64,000 nucleotides of DNA, from positions 153,157-217,156 of the forward strand of contig JAFGGP010000013.1 of assembly GCA_016930485.1 (NCBI GenBank), read 5' to 3'. Position 1 is the stretch's first letter. Every line of letters starts with the position of its first letter. The notes beneath the pieces were generated by a model. It saw nothing but the letters and a program-made list of their open reading frames with translations, was not told where the DNA came from and searched no databases. Positions 1 through 11,922 of the stretch are shown in pieces. The position numbers and the translations under genes are program-made. This DNA is from Candidatus Omnitrophota bacterium (GTDB lineage: Bacteria > Omnitrophota > Gorgyraeia > JAFGGP01).

Positions 1-13
1 CCTGCCTCAGCGT

Positions 14-1327
14 TTGAACCGTGTGGCCCTCATCCCCCAATACTATGCGGAGACAATTCCCGCCTCCGTCGAACGAAGCAGCGCCGCCCTCGAACGGAAT
101 CTGGTTCACTATGTCATGCCAAACGGGGTAAGGCTTATCATTCAGGAAGACCACACCCTTCCGATAACCTCGATAGCCTGTGTATTTCTGGGGGGCATCA
201 GACTGGAGACCGGAGTGAACAATGGTCTGATTAATCTGCTTGCCGATATGATGCTTCAGGGTACCCACCGTTACTCCTCCGAAGAGATCTTCGAGCTGGT
301 CGAGTCTCAAGGGGGCATTCTAAACTCATACGGTGGCTATAACAGCTTTGGCATTTCTCTTAAGGCGCTCAGCAAGAACACCGCCGAAAGCCTCGATCTT
401 CTGGGAGAAATACTGCAAAACCCTTCTTTTCCTGATGAGGAGCTCTCGATCAGCAAAAAGAGAATCGCTGGACAAATTCGTCTCCAAGAAGAGGATGTTT
501 TTTATGAGGCCTTCTCTCTAACAAGAAAAGAGCTCTTCCAAAAACATCCGTACAGCCTAAATCCTCTGGGAACACTGCAATCCGTAGAAGCGCTTTCGCG
601 CGATGATGTGCGCGCTGCTTATGCGAAATATGTCGTTCCGGAAAATACCGTTATATGTATCGTGGGGGACGTAGAAACAGAAAAAGTGCGTGCCCTTGTT
701 GAACAATGTCTGAGATCGTGGAAGCAGCGTGCGTTCGAAGAACCCAGAATTCCGGATTGGAATTTTCCGAAAAAAGCCCAGACAGTCACCCAAAAAACAA
801 ATAAGAGCCAGTCTATTGTTATCACGGCCTTTCCCGGCACCCAGCTTTCATCAAAAGACAGGTATTCACTTGAGTTAATCAGCCGCCTTCTATCAGGAAA
901 TTCGGGGAGGCTCTTTGAGGCAATTCGTGAAGAGAGCGGTGCGGCCTACACACTTGGCGCGCTTTCAATACCGGGTATCGATACAGGATTCTTTGCACTG
1001 TACTGTGCGACTAAAACAGACAAAATCGACTGGATACAGGGGGTATTCAAGCAGGAGCTGGAAACGCTACGGTCAACGCCACCTGACGAACACGAACTGG
1101 AAACCACAAAAAAGGCCTTTCTCTCGTTAGAGGCCGAATCCTTCGAAAAAACGCAGGACAGGGCTTTGCGCTTTGCCCTCGATGAACTGTATGGAATGGG
1201 GTACGATTACTATCTTAAAGTGAAAGAGATCGTTTCTACTATAACGCCGCAGGATATCCAGAAAGCAGCCCAAACATACTTCATAGAAAACAACTCCGTC
1301 CGAACCGTGCTGACAGGCAAAGAATGA
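14..1327 (+). CDS. M16 (insulinase/pitrilysin) family peptidase-like protein, probably the non-catalytic partner; 5' end may lie outside the window
   Basis: 437-aa ORF with the M16 two-lobe layout. The position of the HxxEH zinc motif reads NLLADMMLQGT, so there is no catalytic His/Glu. The frame is open to the window edge and the called start is TTG. Confidence 0.7.
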   Translation: MNRVALIPQYYAETIPASVERSSAALERNLVHYVMPNGVRLIIQEDHTLPITSIACVFLGGIRLETGVNNGLINLLADMMLQGTHRYSSEEIFELVESQGGILNSYGGYNSFGISLKALSKNTAESLDLLGEILQNPSFPDEELSISKKRIAGQIRLQEEDVFYEAFSLTRKELFQKHPYSLNPLGTLQSVEALSRDDVRAAYAKYVVPENTVICIVGDVETEKVRALVEQCLRSWKQRAFEEPRIPDWNFPKKAQTVTQKTNKSQSIVITAFPGTQLSSKDRYSLELISRLLSGNSGRLFEAIREESGAAYTLGALSIPGIDTGFFALYCATKTDKIDWIQGVFKQELETLRSTPPDEHELETTKKAFLSLEAESFEKTQDRALRFALDELYGMGYDYYLKVKEIVSTITPQDIQKAAQTYFIENNSVRTVLTGKE

Positions 1328-2139
1328 ACGATCAACAGGCAAGGCAAGCTGCCGTGGCAGGTCAATTTTACCCGGGCGATAAAAAACGCCTTGACGCCCT
1401 GCTCGCAGGTCTCCTACCACTTCAGGACAAAAAACAAAAAGCGATCGGGGTTATTTCCCCACATGCAGGATATGTCTACTCGGGCAAAGTAGCCGGCAAG
1501 GTGCTATCGCGCGTCTCCCTCCCTGACACACTCATCATCCTGGGGCCAAACCACACCGGATACGGACCCGCTTACAGCATCATGAAAGAGGGGACATGGC
1601 AGACACCCCTTGGTGAAATAGCTGTCGACGCCTCTCTGGCTGAGATGCTTCTGAGTCACTGCCGGCATCTCACCGAAGACCGATCGGCCCATTTCAAAGA
1701 ACATTCTATAGAAGTACAGCTGCCTTTTCTGCAGTATCTTAAAAAAACGTTTACGTTTGTACCGATCGTGCTAGCGACCGGCCCTTTTGCAGATCTGCAG
1801 GCAATCGGCCTCGAACTGGCTCAGGGCATAACCGAGTGCAACCGCGAGGCGCTGATTATTGTTTCGAGCGACATGAATCACTATGAAACTCACCAAACCT
1901 GCGAAAAGAAAGATGCCCTTGCGATAGACGCCATACGCGCACTTGACGCGCAAAGGCTTTTTGAGGTCGTCAGGGACCATAACATTACCATGTGCGGTTA
2001 TGCCCCGACGATCGCCATGATTGAATGCGCAAGACAGCTCGGCGCCACAGAAGGAATCCTCGTTGACTATCAAACGAGTGGCAGCGTCTCAGGGGATTAT
2101 GATTCGGTCGTCGGATACGCAGGAATCATCATTGTGTAA
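1324..2139 (+). CDS. amrB: AmmeMemoRadiSam system protein B (MEMO1 family)
   Basis: 271 aa. AGQFYP and SPHAGYVYSG motifs are typical of the Memo/AmrB family. ATGA overlap with the upstream gene. Confidence 0.8.
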   Translation: MNDQQARQAAVAGQFYPGDKKRLDALLAGLLPLQDKKQKAIGVISPHAGYVYSGKVAGKVLSRVSLPDTLIILGPNHTGYGPAYSIMKEGTWQTPLGEIAVDASLAEMLLSHCRHLTEDRSAHFKEHSIEVQLPFLQYLKKTFTFVPIVLATGPFADLQAIGLELAQGITECNREALIIVSSDMNHYETHQTCEKKDALAIDAIRALDAQRLFEVVRDHNITMCGYAPTIAMIECARQLGATEGILVDYQTSGSVSGDYDSVVGYAGIIIV

Positions 2140-2158
2140 ACCTTAAGGAGAGTGTGAC

Positions 2159-2560
2159 ATGGAGGAGGAAAAATATTCCGATAAGAAAGATGTCGACGAA
2201 AGTTGGAAAGATGCGGCCCGAAAGGAAAAAGAGCGCTATGATAGGCCAGATGACATGGATGCAGAACATATGCCTCCTTTGGAGGCGAATTTTGCGCTTC
2301 TTATTTCCGGGTTGGCAATGCAGGCCCTTTTATCTCTGGGCAGATTGCCTTATTCTGAAGGTGAGGCGCCCGAGATTAACCTTGCTCAGGCAAAGTATCT
2401 GATCGACACTATCGCACTCCTCAGGGAGAAAACAGAAGGAAATTTGAGTGCCGACGAAATCGCTCTCATCGACGGCACCCTGTACGACCTGCGCATGCAG
2501 TACGTAGAGGCTTCTGACGGCGGCGATGGGCAAAAACACGAACAGACATCCTCATCATGA
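2159..2560 (+). CDS. DUF1844 domain-containing protein
   Basis: 133 aa. Acidic N-terminus, then PPLEANFALLISGLAMQALLSLG...NLAQAKYLIDTIALLREKTEGNL...LYDLRMQYVE, the pattern I recall for DUF1844. SD-like GGAGAG upstream. Confidence 0.65.
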   Translation: MEEEKYSDKKDVDESWKDAARKEKERYDRPDDMDAEHMPPLEANFALLISGLAMQALLSLGRLPYSEGEAPEINLAQAKYLIDTIALLREKTEGNLSADEIALIDGTLYDLRMQYVEASDGGDGQKHEQTSSS

Positions 2561-3546
2561 CACGCAAGACACTTTTCACTCTTTTTCGCATCTTCGTAAG
2601 TCTTTTTTTTCTTGGGTTGCTTTTCTGGCTCATGAGAGACAAGATAGATGCACTGCTGGAGGCCATTGCCTCAACCAATGTATTTCTGTTTAGTGTCTGC
2701 CTCGGGATTCAGATTCTAGTGATAGTTGCCGCGGCGCTCAGATTTAAAATTATCCTCTCCGCACAAAAAACCACTATCAGCGCCGCAAACAGCATAGCCT
2801 TGAGCTTTATCGGCCTCTTTTTCAATAACTTTCTGCCTACGGCCCTGGGCGGGGATCTGGTGCGCGGGTACTACGCCTCAAAAGATACAGGCAGGACACC
2901 TGAAATATATAGCGCTATTCTCATGGATCGTTTTTGCGGCTTTGTGCCTCTGGTGGCTATGGCGCTTGTTGGCATTGCCATTACATTCCGTACCATCCAG
3001 AATCAAAGCATTATTTTTGCCGTAACCATACTGTGCCTACTCTTCGTGGCAGCCGCATTAGTGGCCTTTCATCCCGCCGGAGACATCATCTCTACGATGC
3101 TGACAAGATGTATGCGTTCGGAGGGTCTTGCTGTCAGGCTGGGGCGTTTCTTTTATGCGATCAGAGACTATAGACATAACAAAGCTGCCTTGGGCAAGAG
3201 CATTGTCCTGTCGCTTGGCATACATCTTATCATCGTCGGCTGTGTATTTCTCTTGATAAAAAGCATTGCCGCAGACATAGGCATTCTTCACCTGTTCTGG
3301 TCGATGCCGCTTATATTCACGCTGAGCATGTTACCGTCATTAAATGGGCTCGGCATTCGTGAAAGTGCCTTTGTCTATTTCCTGAAGTCGGCAATTGGCC
3401 CGGAAAAGGCCCTCGCTATCGCACTCTTATGGCTTGCGCTTTTTTATATCACAAGCATCATCGGAGGAGTGGTGTATCTTTTATGTTCCCATCAATTTAA
3501 CATTACCATCAATCAGTTAAAAAACGAGGAGGTTCTGGATGCCTAA
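2557..3546 (+). CDS. Lysylphosphatidylglycerol-synthase-TM-like (UPF0104, flippase-like) membrane protein
   Basis: 329 aa, about 8 hydrophobic segments. [17 protein letters not shown] motif of the LPG_synthase_TM family. ATGA overlap with the previous gene. Confidence 0.65.
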   Translation: MTRKTLFTLFRIFVSLFFLGLLFWLMRDKIDALLEAIASTNVFLFSVCLGIQILVIVAAALRFKIILSAQKTTISAANSIALSFIGLFFNNFLPTALGGDLVRGYYASKDTGRTPEIYSAILMDRFCGFVPLVAMALVGIAITFRTIQNQSIIFAVTILCLLFVAAALVAFHPAGDIISTMLTRCMRSEGLAVRLGRFFYAIRDYRHNKAALGKSIVLSLGIHLIIVGCVFLLIKSIAADIGILHLFWSMPLIFTLSMLPSLNGLGIRESAFVYFLKSAIGPEKALAIALLWLALFYITSIIGGVVYLLCSHQFNITINQLKNEEVLDA

Positions 3547-3982
3547 AATTCTAGTAATCCACGGCCCAAATCTTGATCTGCTTGGTACGAGGGAACCCGA
3601 CATATACGGCACCACCACCATGGCCGAGATCAACGAGATGATGCTCGAAAAAGCACAAAAAGAGGGTATAGAGATCGAGTATTTTCAGTCGAATCACGAA
3701 GGCAAAATTGTCGACAAGATCGGTGAGGTGCCCTCGGAAAAAGTGGACCTCATCATTATTAACCCCGCTGCCTACACCCATACCAGCCTGGCTATCCGGG
3801 ACGCAATCCAGGCGGTCTCTGTGCCCACAATAGAAGTACACCTAAGCAATATTTATGCAAGGGAAGAGGTGCGACAGCAATCGTTGATTGCCCCCGCCTG
3901 TATCGGTCAAATATCCGGCTTTGGCGCCTACAGCTATATCCTGGCCCTCTTAGCAGCCGCAAACCTCCTCAACAGGGGATAA
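3539..3982 (+). CDS. aroQ: Type II 3-dehydroquinate dehydratase
   Basis: 147 aa. [35 protein letters not shown] and HLSNI motifs. Confidence 0.92.
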   Translation: MPKILVIHGPNLDLLGTREPDIYGTTTMAEINEMMLEKAQKEGIEIEYFQSNHEGKIVDKIGEVPSEKVDLIIINPAAYTHTSLAIRDAIQAVSVPTIEVHLSNIYAREEVRQQSLIAPACIGQISGFGAYSYILALLAAANLLNRG

Positions 3983-4011
3983 AGACAGCGTGCTCCTGTG
4001 TCAATGGCAGC

Positions 4012-4039
4012 TTGACAACAGGGGCTTTTATGATAAAAT
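4012..4039 (+). promoter_or_regulatory. Sigma70-type promoter candidate for efp (TTGACA-N16-TAAAAT with TGn extended -10)
   Basis: TTGACA at 4012-4017, TGATAAAAT at 4031-4039, 47 nt upstream of the efp ATG. The -35 overlaps an imperfect hairpin CCTGTGTCAA/TTGACAACAGG after aroQ. Confidence 0.5.
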
Positions 4040-4085
4040 ACCCGTACATTTCTCCTATTAATAATACTCCAATACAAGGGAAACT

Positions 4086-4643
4086 ATGATCGGAGCAAAT
4101 CAGCTGAAAAATGGCATGGCGATCGTCTTAGAGGGTGATCTATGTGTCGTTCTGGAGTTTCAGCATGTAAAACCCGGCAAAGGCGGGGCTTTTATCAGAA
4201 CGAAACTAAAGAGCCTTAAGAATTTTTCTGTTATCGACAGGACATTTCGTCCCGGTGACAAATTTGAGGATGCATACATTGAGGAACGGCCCTTGGCGTT
4301 TTTGTACCGCAGCGGGGAGGATTATATCTTCATGGACCACACAAGTTATGAACAGTTTAGCCTGCCTCCGCAACTTGTTGACGAGGCAAAAAATTACCTA
4401 AAGGAAGAGATGGAGGTGCGCGGCGTTTTTCATAATGGTTCCATGATTATGCTAAAATTACCCACCTGCGTCGATCTTGCCGTATCACATACTGAACCTG
4501 GCGTTAGAGGAGACACGCAAAAATCGGGCACAAAACCCGCAACGTTAGAGACAGGTGCGATCGTTCAGGTTCCGTTATTTATCAATATCGGTGATGTGGT
4601 AAAAATCGATACGCGCACGGGTGCATATCTTTCCCGTGCATAA
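4086..4643 (+). CDS. efp: Elongation factor P
   Basis: 185 aa. HVKPGKGGAFIRTKLK (conserved modified-Lys loop) and the three-domain EF-P length. Confidence 0.95.
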   Translation: MIGANQLKNGMAIVLEGDLCVVLEFQHVKPGKGGAFIRTKLKSLKNFSVIDRTFRPGDKFEDAYIEERPLAFLYRSGEDYIFMDHTSYEQFSLPPQLVDEAKNYLKEEMEVRGVFHNGSMIMLKLPTCVDLAVSHTEPGVRGDTQKSGTKPATLETGAIVQVPLFINIGDVVKIDTRTGAYLSRA

Positions 4644-4665
4644 CGTTTCAAGAGGAGCATCTCCC

Positions 4666-5115
4666 GTGAACCTAAAAGAAATTAAAGAATTGATCGAATT
4701 AATGAATGAAAATGAGCTGTCTGAGTTTGAGATGGAAAAAAATGGCATAAAAATAAAGCTCGTCAAGGGAAAAATGTCGGGCGCCCCGCATATAGCTGTC
4801 GAGGCGGCATCCCTGCCTGCGGCCCACCCGGAAGGTCCGACCCAGACCTCTCAACCGCAGGAAACATCCGCACATACTGTAGAAATAAAATCTCCGATGG
4901 TCGGCACATTCTATCGGGCACCGGCCCCGGACGCCCCCCCGTTTGTCGAGACAGGACAAGATGTTGATGTAGGGCAATCGGTATGCATTATTGAGGCCAT
5001 GAAGCTGATGAATGAAGTTAAATCAGACTACAAGGGCAAGATAGTCAAGCTGCTGGTTGAGAACGGGGAACCAGTAGAATATAATCAGCCTCTCTTTCTT
5101 ATTCAATTGCCATAA
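4666..5115 (+). CDS. accB: Acetyl-CoA carboxylase biotin carboxyl carrier protein
   Basis: [12 protein letters not shown] biotinyl-lysine motif and a Pro/Ala linker. I prefer the GTG at 4666 (AGAGGAG SD at 4651-4657) over the track ATG at 4621, which overlaps efp. Confidence 0.9.
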   Translation: MNLKEIKELIELMNENELSEFEMEKNGIKIKLVKGKMSGAPHIAVEAASLPAAHPEGPTQTSQPQETSAHTVEIKSPMVGTFYRAPAPDAPPFVETGQDVDVGQSVCIIEAMKLMNEVKSDYKGKIVKLLVENGEPVEYNQPLFLIQLP

Positions 5116-5122
5116 CGTCCCT

Positions 5123-6484
5123 ATGTTTTCAAAAATTTTAATCGCTAATCGGGGAGAAATCGCGTTGCGCATTATCAGGGCCTGCAAAGAGCTTGGTATT
5201 GCAACGGTAGCGGTTTACTCCCAGGCCGATATCGACAGCCTCCATGTACGTGTGGCAGACGAGGCGATTTGTATCGGCGGTCCATCACCGGCATCAAGCT
5301 ATCTTAATATCCCGGCGATCATCAGCGCCGCAGAAATAACCGACGTTGAGGCGATTCACCCAGGATACGGCTTTCTCGCTGAAAATGCGCACTTTGCCGA
5401 AATCTGTGAATCGTGCGAAATTATCTTTATCGGCCCAACCCCCGAAAATATCAGGCTCATGGGTGATAAGATCGCCGCAAAAAGCCTGATGAAAAAGGCG
5501 GGGGTTCCGATTATACCGGGAAGCAACGGCAGTGTCACATCAAAGGAAGAGGCCCTTAAAATCGCCAAGAAAATCAAATATCCGGTCATTATTAAGGCCG
5601 CTGCCGGCGGTGGAGGTAGAGGGATGAGAATCTGTCATAATGACGTACGTCTCATCAGCGCCTTTATGACGGCACAATCAGAAGCAGAGAATGCCTTTGG
5701 CAATCCCGCTGTCTACATCGAGAAATATTTCCAGGCGCCCCGCCATATCGAGGTACAGGTGCTTGCCGATACACAGGGAACCACGCTACATCTCGGTGAA
5801 AGAGACTGCACCATTCAGAGAAGGCATCAAAAATTGGTCGAGGAATCGCCGTCGCCCTTCTTAGATACAAAAGTACGCAAGAAAATCTGTGAAACCGCCC
5901 TGAAGGCAGCAAAGGCCTGCAACTACGTCAATGCCGGGACCGTTGAATTTTTGATGGATGAGGATAAAAACTTTTATTTTATGGAAATGAATACCCGGAT
6001 CCAGGTAGAGCACCCGGTTACCGAAATGGTAACAGGAATCGACCTTATTAAAGAACAGATTAGGGTTGCCGGCGGAGAAAAACTTAAAATGAAACAGGAC
6101 GATATTAAGATAAAAGGAGCGGCTATCGAGTGCCGCATTAATGCAGAGGACCCTGCAAATAACTTTTTGCCGTCACCGGGAGTTGTCTCTGTGCTGAATT
6201 TTCCCGGGGGGCCCGGCATTCGAGTCGACAGTCATGTCTGTTCGGGCTACAGCATCCCGCCATTCTATGATTCGATGATAGCGAAGATTATCTCGTACGG
6301 CTCCAATCGAAAAGATGCTATTAGCAAAATGAGGCGGGCACTTGAGGAAACGATTATTGAGCCGATCAAAACCACGGTGCCGTTGCATAAAGAGATACTG
6401 GCGCACCCGGATTTTTTAAAAGGGGATATCTCGACTGATTTTATTCAGAAAATATCCGAGTTTTCCGAAAAAGTTACCGCCTAA
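5123..6484 (+). CDS. accC: Acetyl-CoA carboxylase biotin carboxylase subunit
   Basis: 453 aa. [21 protein letters not shown]-grasp GGGGRGMR and [14 protein letters not shown]. Confidence 0.95.
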   Translation: MFSKILIANRGEIALRIIRACKELGIATVAVYSQADIDSLHVRVADEAICIGGPSPASSYLNIPAIISAAEITDVEAIHPGYGFLAENAHFAEICESCEIIFIGPTPENIRLMGDKIAAKSLMKKAGVPIIPGSNGSVTSKEEALKIAKKIKYPVIIKAAAGGGGRGMRICHNDVRLISAFMTAQSEAENAFGNPAVYIEKYFQAPRHIEVQVLADTQGTTLHLGERDCTIQRRHQKLVEESPSPFLDTKVRKKICETALKAAKACNYVNAGTVEFLMDEDKNFYFMEMNTRIQVEHPVTEMVTGIDLIKEQIRVAGGEKLKMKQDDIKIKGAAIECRINAEDPANNFLPSPGVVSVLNFPGGPGIRVDSHVCSGYSIPPFYDSMIAKIISYGSNRKDAISKMRRALEETIIEPIKTTVPLHKEILAHPDFLKGDISTDFIQKISEFSEKVTA

Positions 6485-6497
6485 CCACGGAGGAGCA

Positions 6498-7094
6498 ATG
6501 AATACCATAAAAGCGCTTTTCGTCGTCATATACACACTGCTTATCGTCGTCTTCGGCACCTTTCTGATCGCCGCAGCCATTCAATTGATCACCTTGGATG
6601 ACATAATGAATTTTGTCGGCTATATATACCAATCGACGAACTCCAGGCTGATCACCGCCTGTATCGGGCTTGGCATCGCCCTGTTGGGAATTGTCCTGGG
6701 GCAATATTCTTTAACGAGACTGAAAAAAGCGCACATCCTTCATTTTGACGGGGAAGACGGCCCTACGTCGATCGCACTGAGCGCCATTGAAGACATAATT
6801 AAGAGAACCCTCTCCGACAATGATGAAGTAAAGGACCCGAAGATTATTATCGCCGCAAAGCGAAAAAAACTTGTTGTTTCACTCAAGGTGCAGCTCGTCG
6901 GTAATTTTTCTATTCAGGAACTGTCGAAGATCCTGCGGGCAGAGATTACCTCAAAGCTACAAAAATTACTGGGCCAGCAGTATCATATCGTCGTCAAACT
7001 GCATATTGCAAAGATCGACAAAAAAGAGGCGGAAACGGCTTCGGACTTCCAGGAAAACCGGCGGCTTCCGTTTCCTGAGTATCCTGAGGAGTGA
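6498..7094 (+). CDS. Hypothetical membrane protein (possibly AmaP-like alkaline-shock membrane anchor)
   Basis: 198 aa with two N-terminal TM segments and then a soluble region. Only a general resemblance to AmaP, no diagnostic motif. Confidence 0.35.
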   Translation: MNTIKALFVVIYTLLIVVFGTFLIAAAIQLITLDDIMNFVGYIYQSTNSRLITACIGLGIALLGIVLGQYSLTRLKKAHILHFDGEDGPTSIALSAIEDIIKRTLSDNDEVKDPKIIIAAKRKKLVVSLKVQLVGNFSIQELSKILRAEITSKLQKLLGQQYHIVVKLHIAKIDKKEAETASDFQENRRLPFPEYPEE

Positions 7095-7101
7095 CGTACC
7101 C

Positions 7102-7686
7102 ATGAAAGAATACATACAATCAGCCTTGAAACAGGGGATTGATCTGCGGCGTATCTGCCTCGAAGACAGCGGCCTTATAAGCAATATTGCTGCAGCGGTC
7201 AAAAATATAGTGCAGGCACTCAAACAGGGTGGGAAGATATGTCTCTTTGGAAACGGTGGCAGCGCCGCTGATGCCCAGCACATAGCCGCTGAACTGGTAG
7301 GAAGACTTAGACTGGAACGCAACGGCCTTCGCGCTATAGCGCTTACAACTAATACGTCAACCGTAACTGCCCTTGCCAACGACTATGGATACGAACACAT
7401 CTTTACGCGACAACTTGAGGCAGTGGGGGTATCGGGAGATGTAGCCTTTGGCATCTCAACGAGCGGTTCATCGGCCAACGTACTTAATGGACTTCTCCTG
7501 GCAAAGAAACTGGGTATGACAACCGTCGGGCTCACCGGTAAGGCCCCGAATAAAATCTCCGAAGCCTGCGATATTGCACTCGCCATTCCTTCTTCTGATA
7601 CCCAACGAATCCAGGAGCTTCATATTGCAGTCGGCCACATTATCTGCGAACTGACAGAGCAATCTCTTTTTAGTCAGGTCCGGTAA
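7102..7686 (+). CDS. gmhA: D-sedoheptulose 7-phosphate isomerase (SIS domain)
   Basis: ICLFGNGGSAADAQHIAAELVGR and GISTSGSS motifs. The start is moved to the ATG at 7102; the track ORF from 6871 overlaps the previous gene. Confidence 0.85.
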   Translation: MKEYIQSALKQGIDLRRICLEDSGLISNIAAAVKNIVQALKQGGKICLFGNGGSAADAQHIAAELVGRLRLERNGLRAIALTTNTSTVTALANDYGYEHIFTRQLEAVGVSGDVAFGISTSGSSANVLNGLLLAKKLGMTTVGLTGKAPNKISEACDIALAIPSSDTQRIQELHIAVGHIICELTEQSLFSQVR

Positions 7687-7689
7687 TTT

Positions 7690-8175
7690 ATGACGACCTA
7701 TCAAAAAAAGATCAAAACCATCGATCAAATCAAACAGCTCGCTGAAACATTCCGTTCACAAAAAAAACGGATTGTCTTTACGAACGGCTGCTTCGATCTG
7801 CTTCACCTTGGACACGTCCGCTATCTCACTGAGGCAAAAGATAAAGGCGACGTTTTAATTGTTGGAGTAAACTCGGACCAATCGGTAAAGAGGCTAAAAG
7901 GCCAAAACAGACCGATAACCCCCCAAGACGCCCGCTGCGAAGTGTTGGCGGCCCTTACGTGCATCGATTATCTCACCATCTTTGACGACGATACGCCTCT
8001 TGAGTTAATTGAGATGATACATCCGGATGTCCTCGTAAAAGGTGGTGACTGGCTTCCCGAGAATATCGTCGGGAGTGAACATGTCTCTTCGTACGGCGGA
8101 CGCGTTATAACCATACCGTATCTTCAGGGTTTCTCAAGTTCCGAAATCATCAAAAAAATTAACATCGATGGTTAA
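7690..8175 (+). CDS. rfaE2: D-glycero-beta-D-manno-heptose 1-phosphate adenylyltransferase (cytidylyltransferase fold)
   Basis: 161 aa. FTNGCFDLLHLGHVRYL nucleotidyltransferase motif. Adjacent to gmhA. Confidence 0.85.
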   Translation: MTTYQKKIKTIDQIKQLAETFRSQKKRIVFTNGCFDLLHLGHVRYLTEAKDKGDVLIVGVNSDQSVKRLKGQNRPITPQDARCEVLAALTCIDYLTIFDDDTPLELIEMIHPDVLVKGGDWLPENIVGSEHVSSYGGRVITIPYLQGFSSSEIIKKINIDG

Positions 8176-8611
8176 TACCGAACTGGCAAAAGCACTCCGC
8201 ATTATCGATGCCAATCTCAACCGTTCGCGAGAAGGTCTGCGCGTCTGCGAAGAGGTCATGCGCTTTTATCTCGAAGACCAGGCATTGGCAAAAGAATATA
8301 AGGTTCTCAGGCATCACATCACCGGTTTTATTCAGACATTGGACCGGCCCTTTTCCGAGCTCTTGGAGGCAAGAGATGTGCTGAACGATGTCGGAAAAGA
8401 ACTGGATTTCTCCCGAACAAAAGACGACAGCGTTATCTCATCTCTTTTTCTCGCGAATATAGAACGGGCAAAAGAAGCATTGCGGGTTCTGGAAGAGTTT
8501 TCAAAATCGTACCACCTCGGAGACCCCTCGTACTTTAAAACTGCACGGTATAAACTATATGCTCTCGAAAAAGAAACTATTGCAAAAATCAACGCTGTAC
8601 GCAATTCTTGA
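8168..8611 (+). CDS. ThiE-associated ThiD2-like protein
   Basis: 147 aa. ALRIIDANLNRSREGLRVCEE...ALRVLEEF resembles the domain found fused or adjacent to ThiE (ThiD2 family, from memory). It overlaps thiE by 53 nt in another frame. Confidence 0.45.
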   Translation: MVNTELAKALRIIDANLNRSREGLRVCEEVMRFYLEDQALAKEYKVLRHHITGFIQTLDRPFSELLEARDVLNDVGKELDFSRTKDDSVISSLFLANIERAKEALRVLEEFSKSYHLGDPSYFKTARYKLYALEKETIAKINAVRNS

Positions 8612-9200
8612 CCCTGAATTCCTGGGGAAAAGAGATATTGAAGAGGCTGTTGAAGATGCCCTGAGGGGCGGGGCCGATATTATTCAGTATAGAGACAAGC
8701 AAGCAAACGACCTGCTTTTTATACAAAATGCCTCTCGCATCAGATATATCGTAACACGACATGGAGGCATTTTTATCATTAATGACCGGGTGCCAATCGC
8801 CAAAGAGGTAGATGCCGACGGGGTGCACATAGGGGCCGGCGATCTCGCTCCCCAAGAAGCAAGAACCATGCTGGGACCCGACAGGATAATCGGCCTTACC
8901 ACACATTCCCTAGCAGAGATTGAGAGGGCCCCGCTCGACTGTATTGATTACATCTCAGTGGGGCCTGTATTTTTGACAAAAACAAAGCCTTCGTTGGAAC
9001 CTCTTGGCATAAAAGAAATTACAAACATAATTTCCTTTATTTCATTGCCTTTTTTTATAATAGGTGGTATAACCGTAGATAATCTTGAGGCGCTTCTCGA
9101 TGTTGGCGCAACGCGAATCGCTGTTATTGGGGCTATTTTCGGACAGGAGAATATCCGACAGGCAGCATCCGCACTCAAACAAAAACTCTCCGGAAATTAA
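8559..9200 (+). CDS. thiE: Thiamine-phosphate synthase
   Basis: 213 aa. LYAILD...GGADIIQYRDK, INDR, ADGVHIG, SVGPVF and GGI motifs. Confidence 0.9.
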   Translation: MLSKKKLLQKSTLYAILDPEFLGKRDIEEAVEDALRGGADIIQYRDKQANDLLFIQNASRIRYIVTRHGGIFIINDRVPIAKEVDADGVHIGAGDLAPQEARTMLGPDRIIGLTTHSLAEIERAPLDCIDYISVGPVFLTKTKPSLEPLGIKEITNIISFISLPFFIIGGITVDNLEALLDVGATRIAVIGAIFGQENIRQAASALKQKLSGN

Positions 9201-9207
9201 GATTTGG

Positions 9208-9282
9208 GCGGGTGTAGTTCAGTGGTAGAACGTCAGCTTCCCAAGCTGAATATCGTGGGTTCGATTCCCATCACCCGCTCCA
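9208..9282 (+). tRNA. tRNA-Gly (anticodon CCC), CCA encoded
   Basis: Cloverleaf drawn by hand: acceptor GCGGGTG/CACCCGC, D stem GTTC/GAAC, anticodon stem TCAGC/GCTGA with loop TTCCCAA, T arm GTGGG-TTCGATT-CCCAT, then TCCA. Confidence 0.9.
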
Positions 9283-9370
9283 ATCCTTCTTAAGCCATAA
9301 TGCCCCCGGAAAACTGGACCAAAAAAGTGAAAAAGTTAGGTATAATCTAACGAACTAAAGGAGGTCCAGA

Positions 9371-9652
9371 ATGGGCATGAGAACAAAACGCGGTAAAAAG
9401 TTTAAGGCAAAGGTTGCCTTGGCGGCATTGAAGGGCGACAAGACCGTGGCGGAGTTATCAAGCGAGTTTGGGGTACATGCTACAATGATCACCAAGTGGC
9501 GCAATGAGGCCAAAGAGGGTCTGGTCGGGATATTCGGGAAGAACGACCGCAAAGAGGTCAAAGAATATAAGATAAAGATCGAGGAATTATACAAGACGAT
9601 CGGCCGTATCCAGGCTGAAAACGAGTGGATGAGAAAAAACTTGGAGGTCTGA
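9371..9652 (+). CDS. IS3-family transposase OrfA (HTH)
   Basis: 93 aa. KTVAELSSEFGVHATMITKWR helix-turn-helix followed by a leucine-zipper-like tail, as in IS3 OrfA. Confidence 0.85.
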   Translation: MGMRTKRGKKFKAKVALAALKGDKTVAELSSEFGVHATMITKWRNEAKEGLVGIFGKNDRKEVKEYKIKIEELYKTIGRIQAENEWMRKNLEV

Positions 9653-10521
9653 CGCTCGAACAGAAGCGGGCCATTATCGTCAAAGAAGACGATAGTCGTC
9701 TGAGTGCCAGACAGCAATGTGAGTTTCTGGGATTAAACCGGTCGTCACTCTATTGTGAGCCGGCACCAATAAGTGAGTCGGACATTCAGCTGATGAATGT
9801 CATTGATGAGGTGTTTACAAAGAAGCCGTATCTGGGCGTTCGTCAGATAATGTGGCGTCTGCGGGATAGAGGTTTTCGCATCGGGCGCAAAAAGGTGCGG
9901 ACACCGATGCGCCGGATGGGGTTATTCCCGATATTTCCGAAGAGGAATACCAGCAAACGAAATCCAGAGCATCCTGTTTATCCGTATTTGTTGCGGGATG
10001 TGACGGTTGAGAGAGTAAACCAGATCTGGAGCATAGACATCACCTACATCCGGCTTGGAAAAGGATTCGCATATTTAACGGCGATCATGGATTGGCAGAG
10101 TCGTTATGTGATTGCCTGGCGGATGTCGAATACATTAACAGCCGATTTTTGTGTGGAATGCCTGAAAGAAGCCCTGGAATACGGCGGGCCCGAAATCTTT
10201 AATACGGATCAGGGATGCCAGTTTACAAGCGTGGAGTTTATCAGGGTTCTGGAAGGTGCTAATATTGCTATCAGTATGGACGGCAAAGGCCGGACCATTG
10301 ATAATATCTTTGTTGAGAGGCTCTGGCGTACAGTCAAATACGAGGATGTATACATTAAACAGTATCAGACAATCCCTGAAGCCACTGAAGGACTGAAAGA
10401 GTTCTTTGATGATTGCAATATGGAGCGACGTCATTCGTCGCTGGGTTTCAGAACGCCCTGGTCGGTTTTCTCTGGGGTTGATTTAAGCGACTGGATGACA
10501 GCGGCACACAGAAAACATTAA
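9625..10521 (+). CDS. IS3-family transposase OrfB (DDE integrase core), probably made as OrfAB fusion
   Basis: DDE candidates WSIDITY, NTDQGCQFTS and VERLWRTVKYE. OrfB is in the -1 frame relative to OrfA, with the slippery A AAA AAC at 9634-9640. Confidence 0.85.
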   Translation: MDEKKLGGLTLEQKRAIIVKEDDSRLSARQQCEFLGLNRSSLYCEPAPISESDIQLMNVIDEVFTKKPYLGVRQIMWRLRDRGFRIGRKKVRTPMRRMGLFPIFPKRNTSKRNPEHPVYPYLLRDVTVERVNQIWSIDITYIRLGKGFAYLTAIMDWQSRYVIAWRMSNTLTADFCVECLKEALEYGGPEIFNTDQGCQFTSVEFIRVLEGANIAISMDGKGRTIDNIFVERLWRTVKYEDVYIKQYQTIPEATEGLKEFFDDCNMERRHSSLGFRTPWSVFSGVDLSDWMTAAHRKH

Positions 10522-10550
10522 GCCGCCTTAACATAAAAAGATTGGTCTAG

Positions 10551-11906
<1,356 letters not shown>

Positions 11907-11922
11907 AAGCAATAAATAAAAA

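Noticed and set aside
6871-7101. N-terminal extensions of track ORFs upstream of the real starts: gmhA 6871, carA 16281, pyrG 18929, aroB 28499, the tRNA-binding gene 43279, nitroreductase 47771, the secreted protein 51559 and the RlpA-like gene 59192.
   Set aside because: The extensions overlap the preceding gene or a terminator/leader and have no family similarity. Internal ATG/GTG codons with an SD match the conserved protein N-termini.
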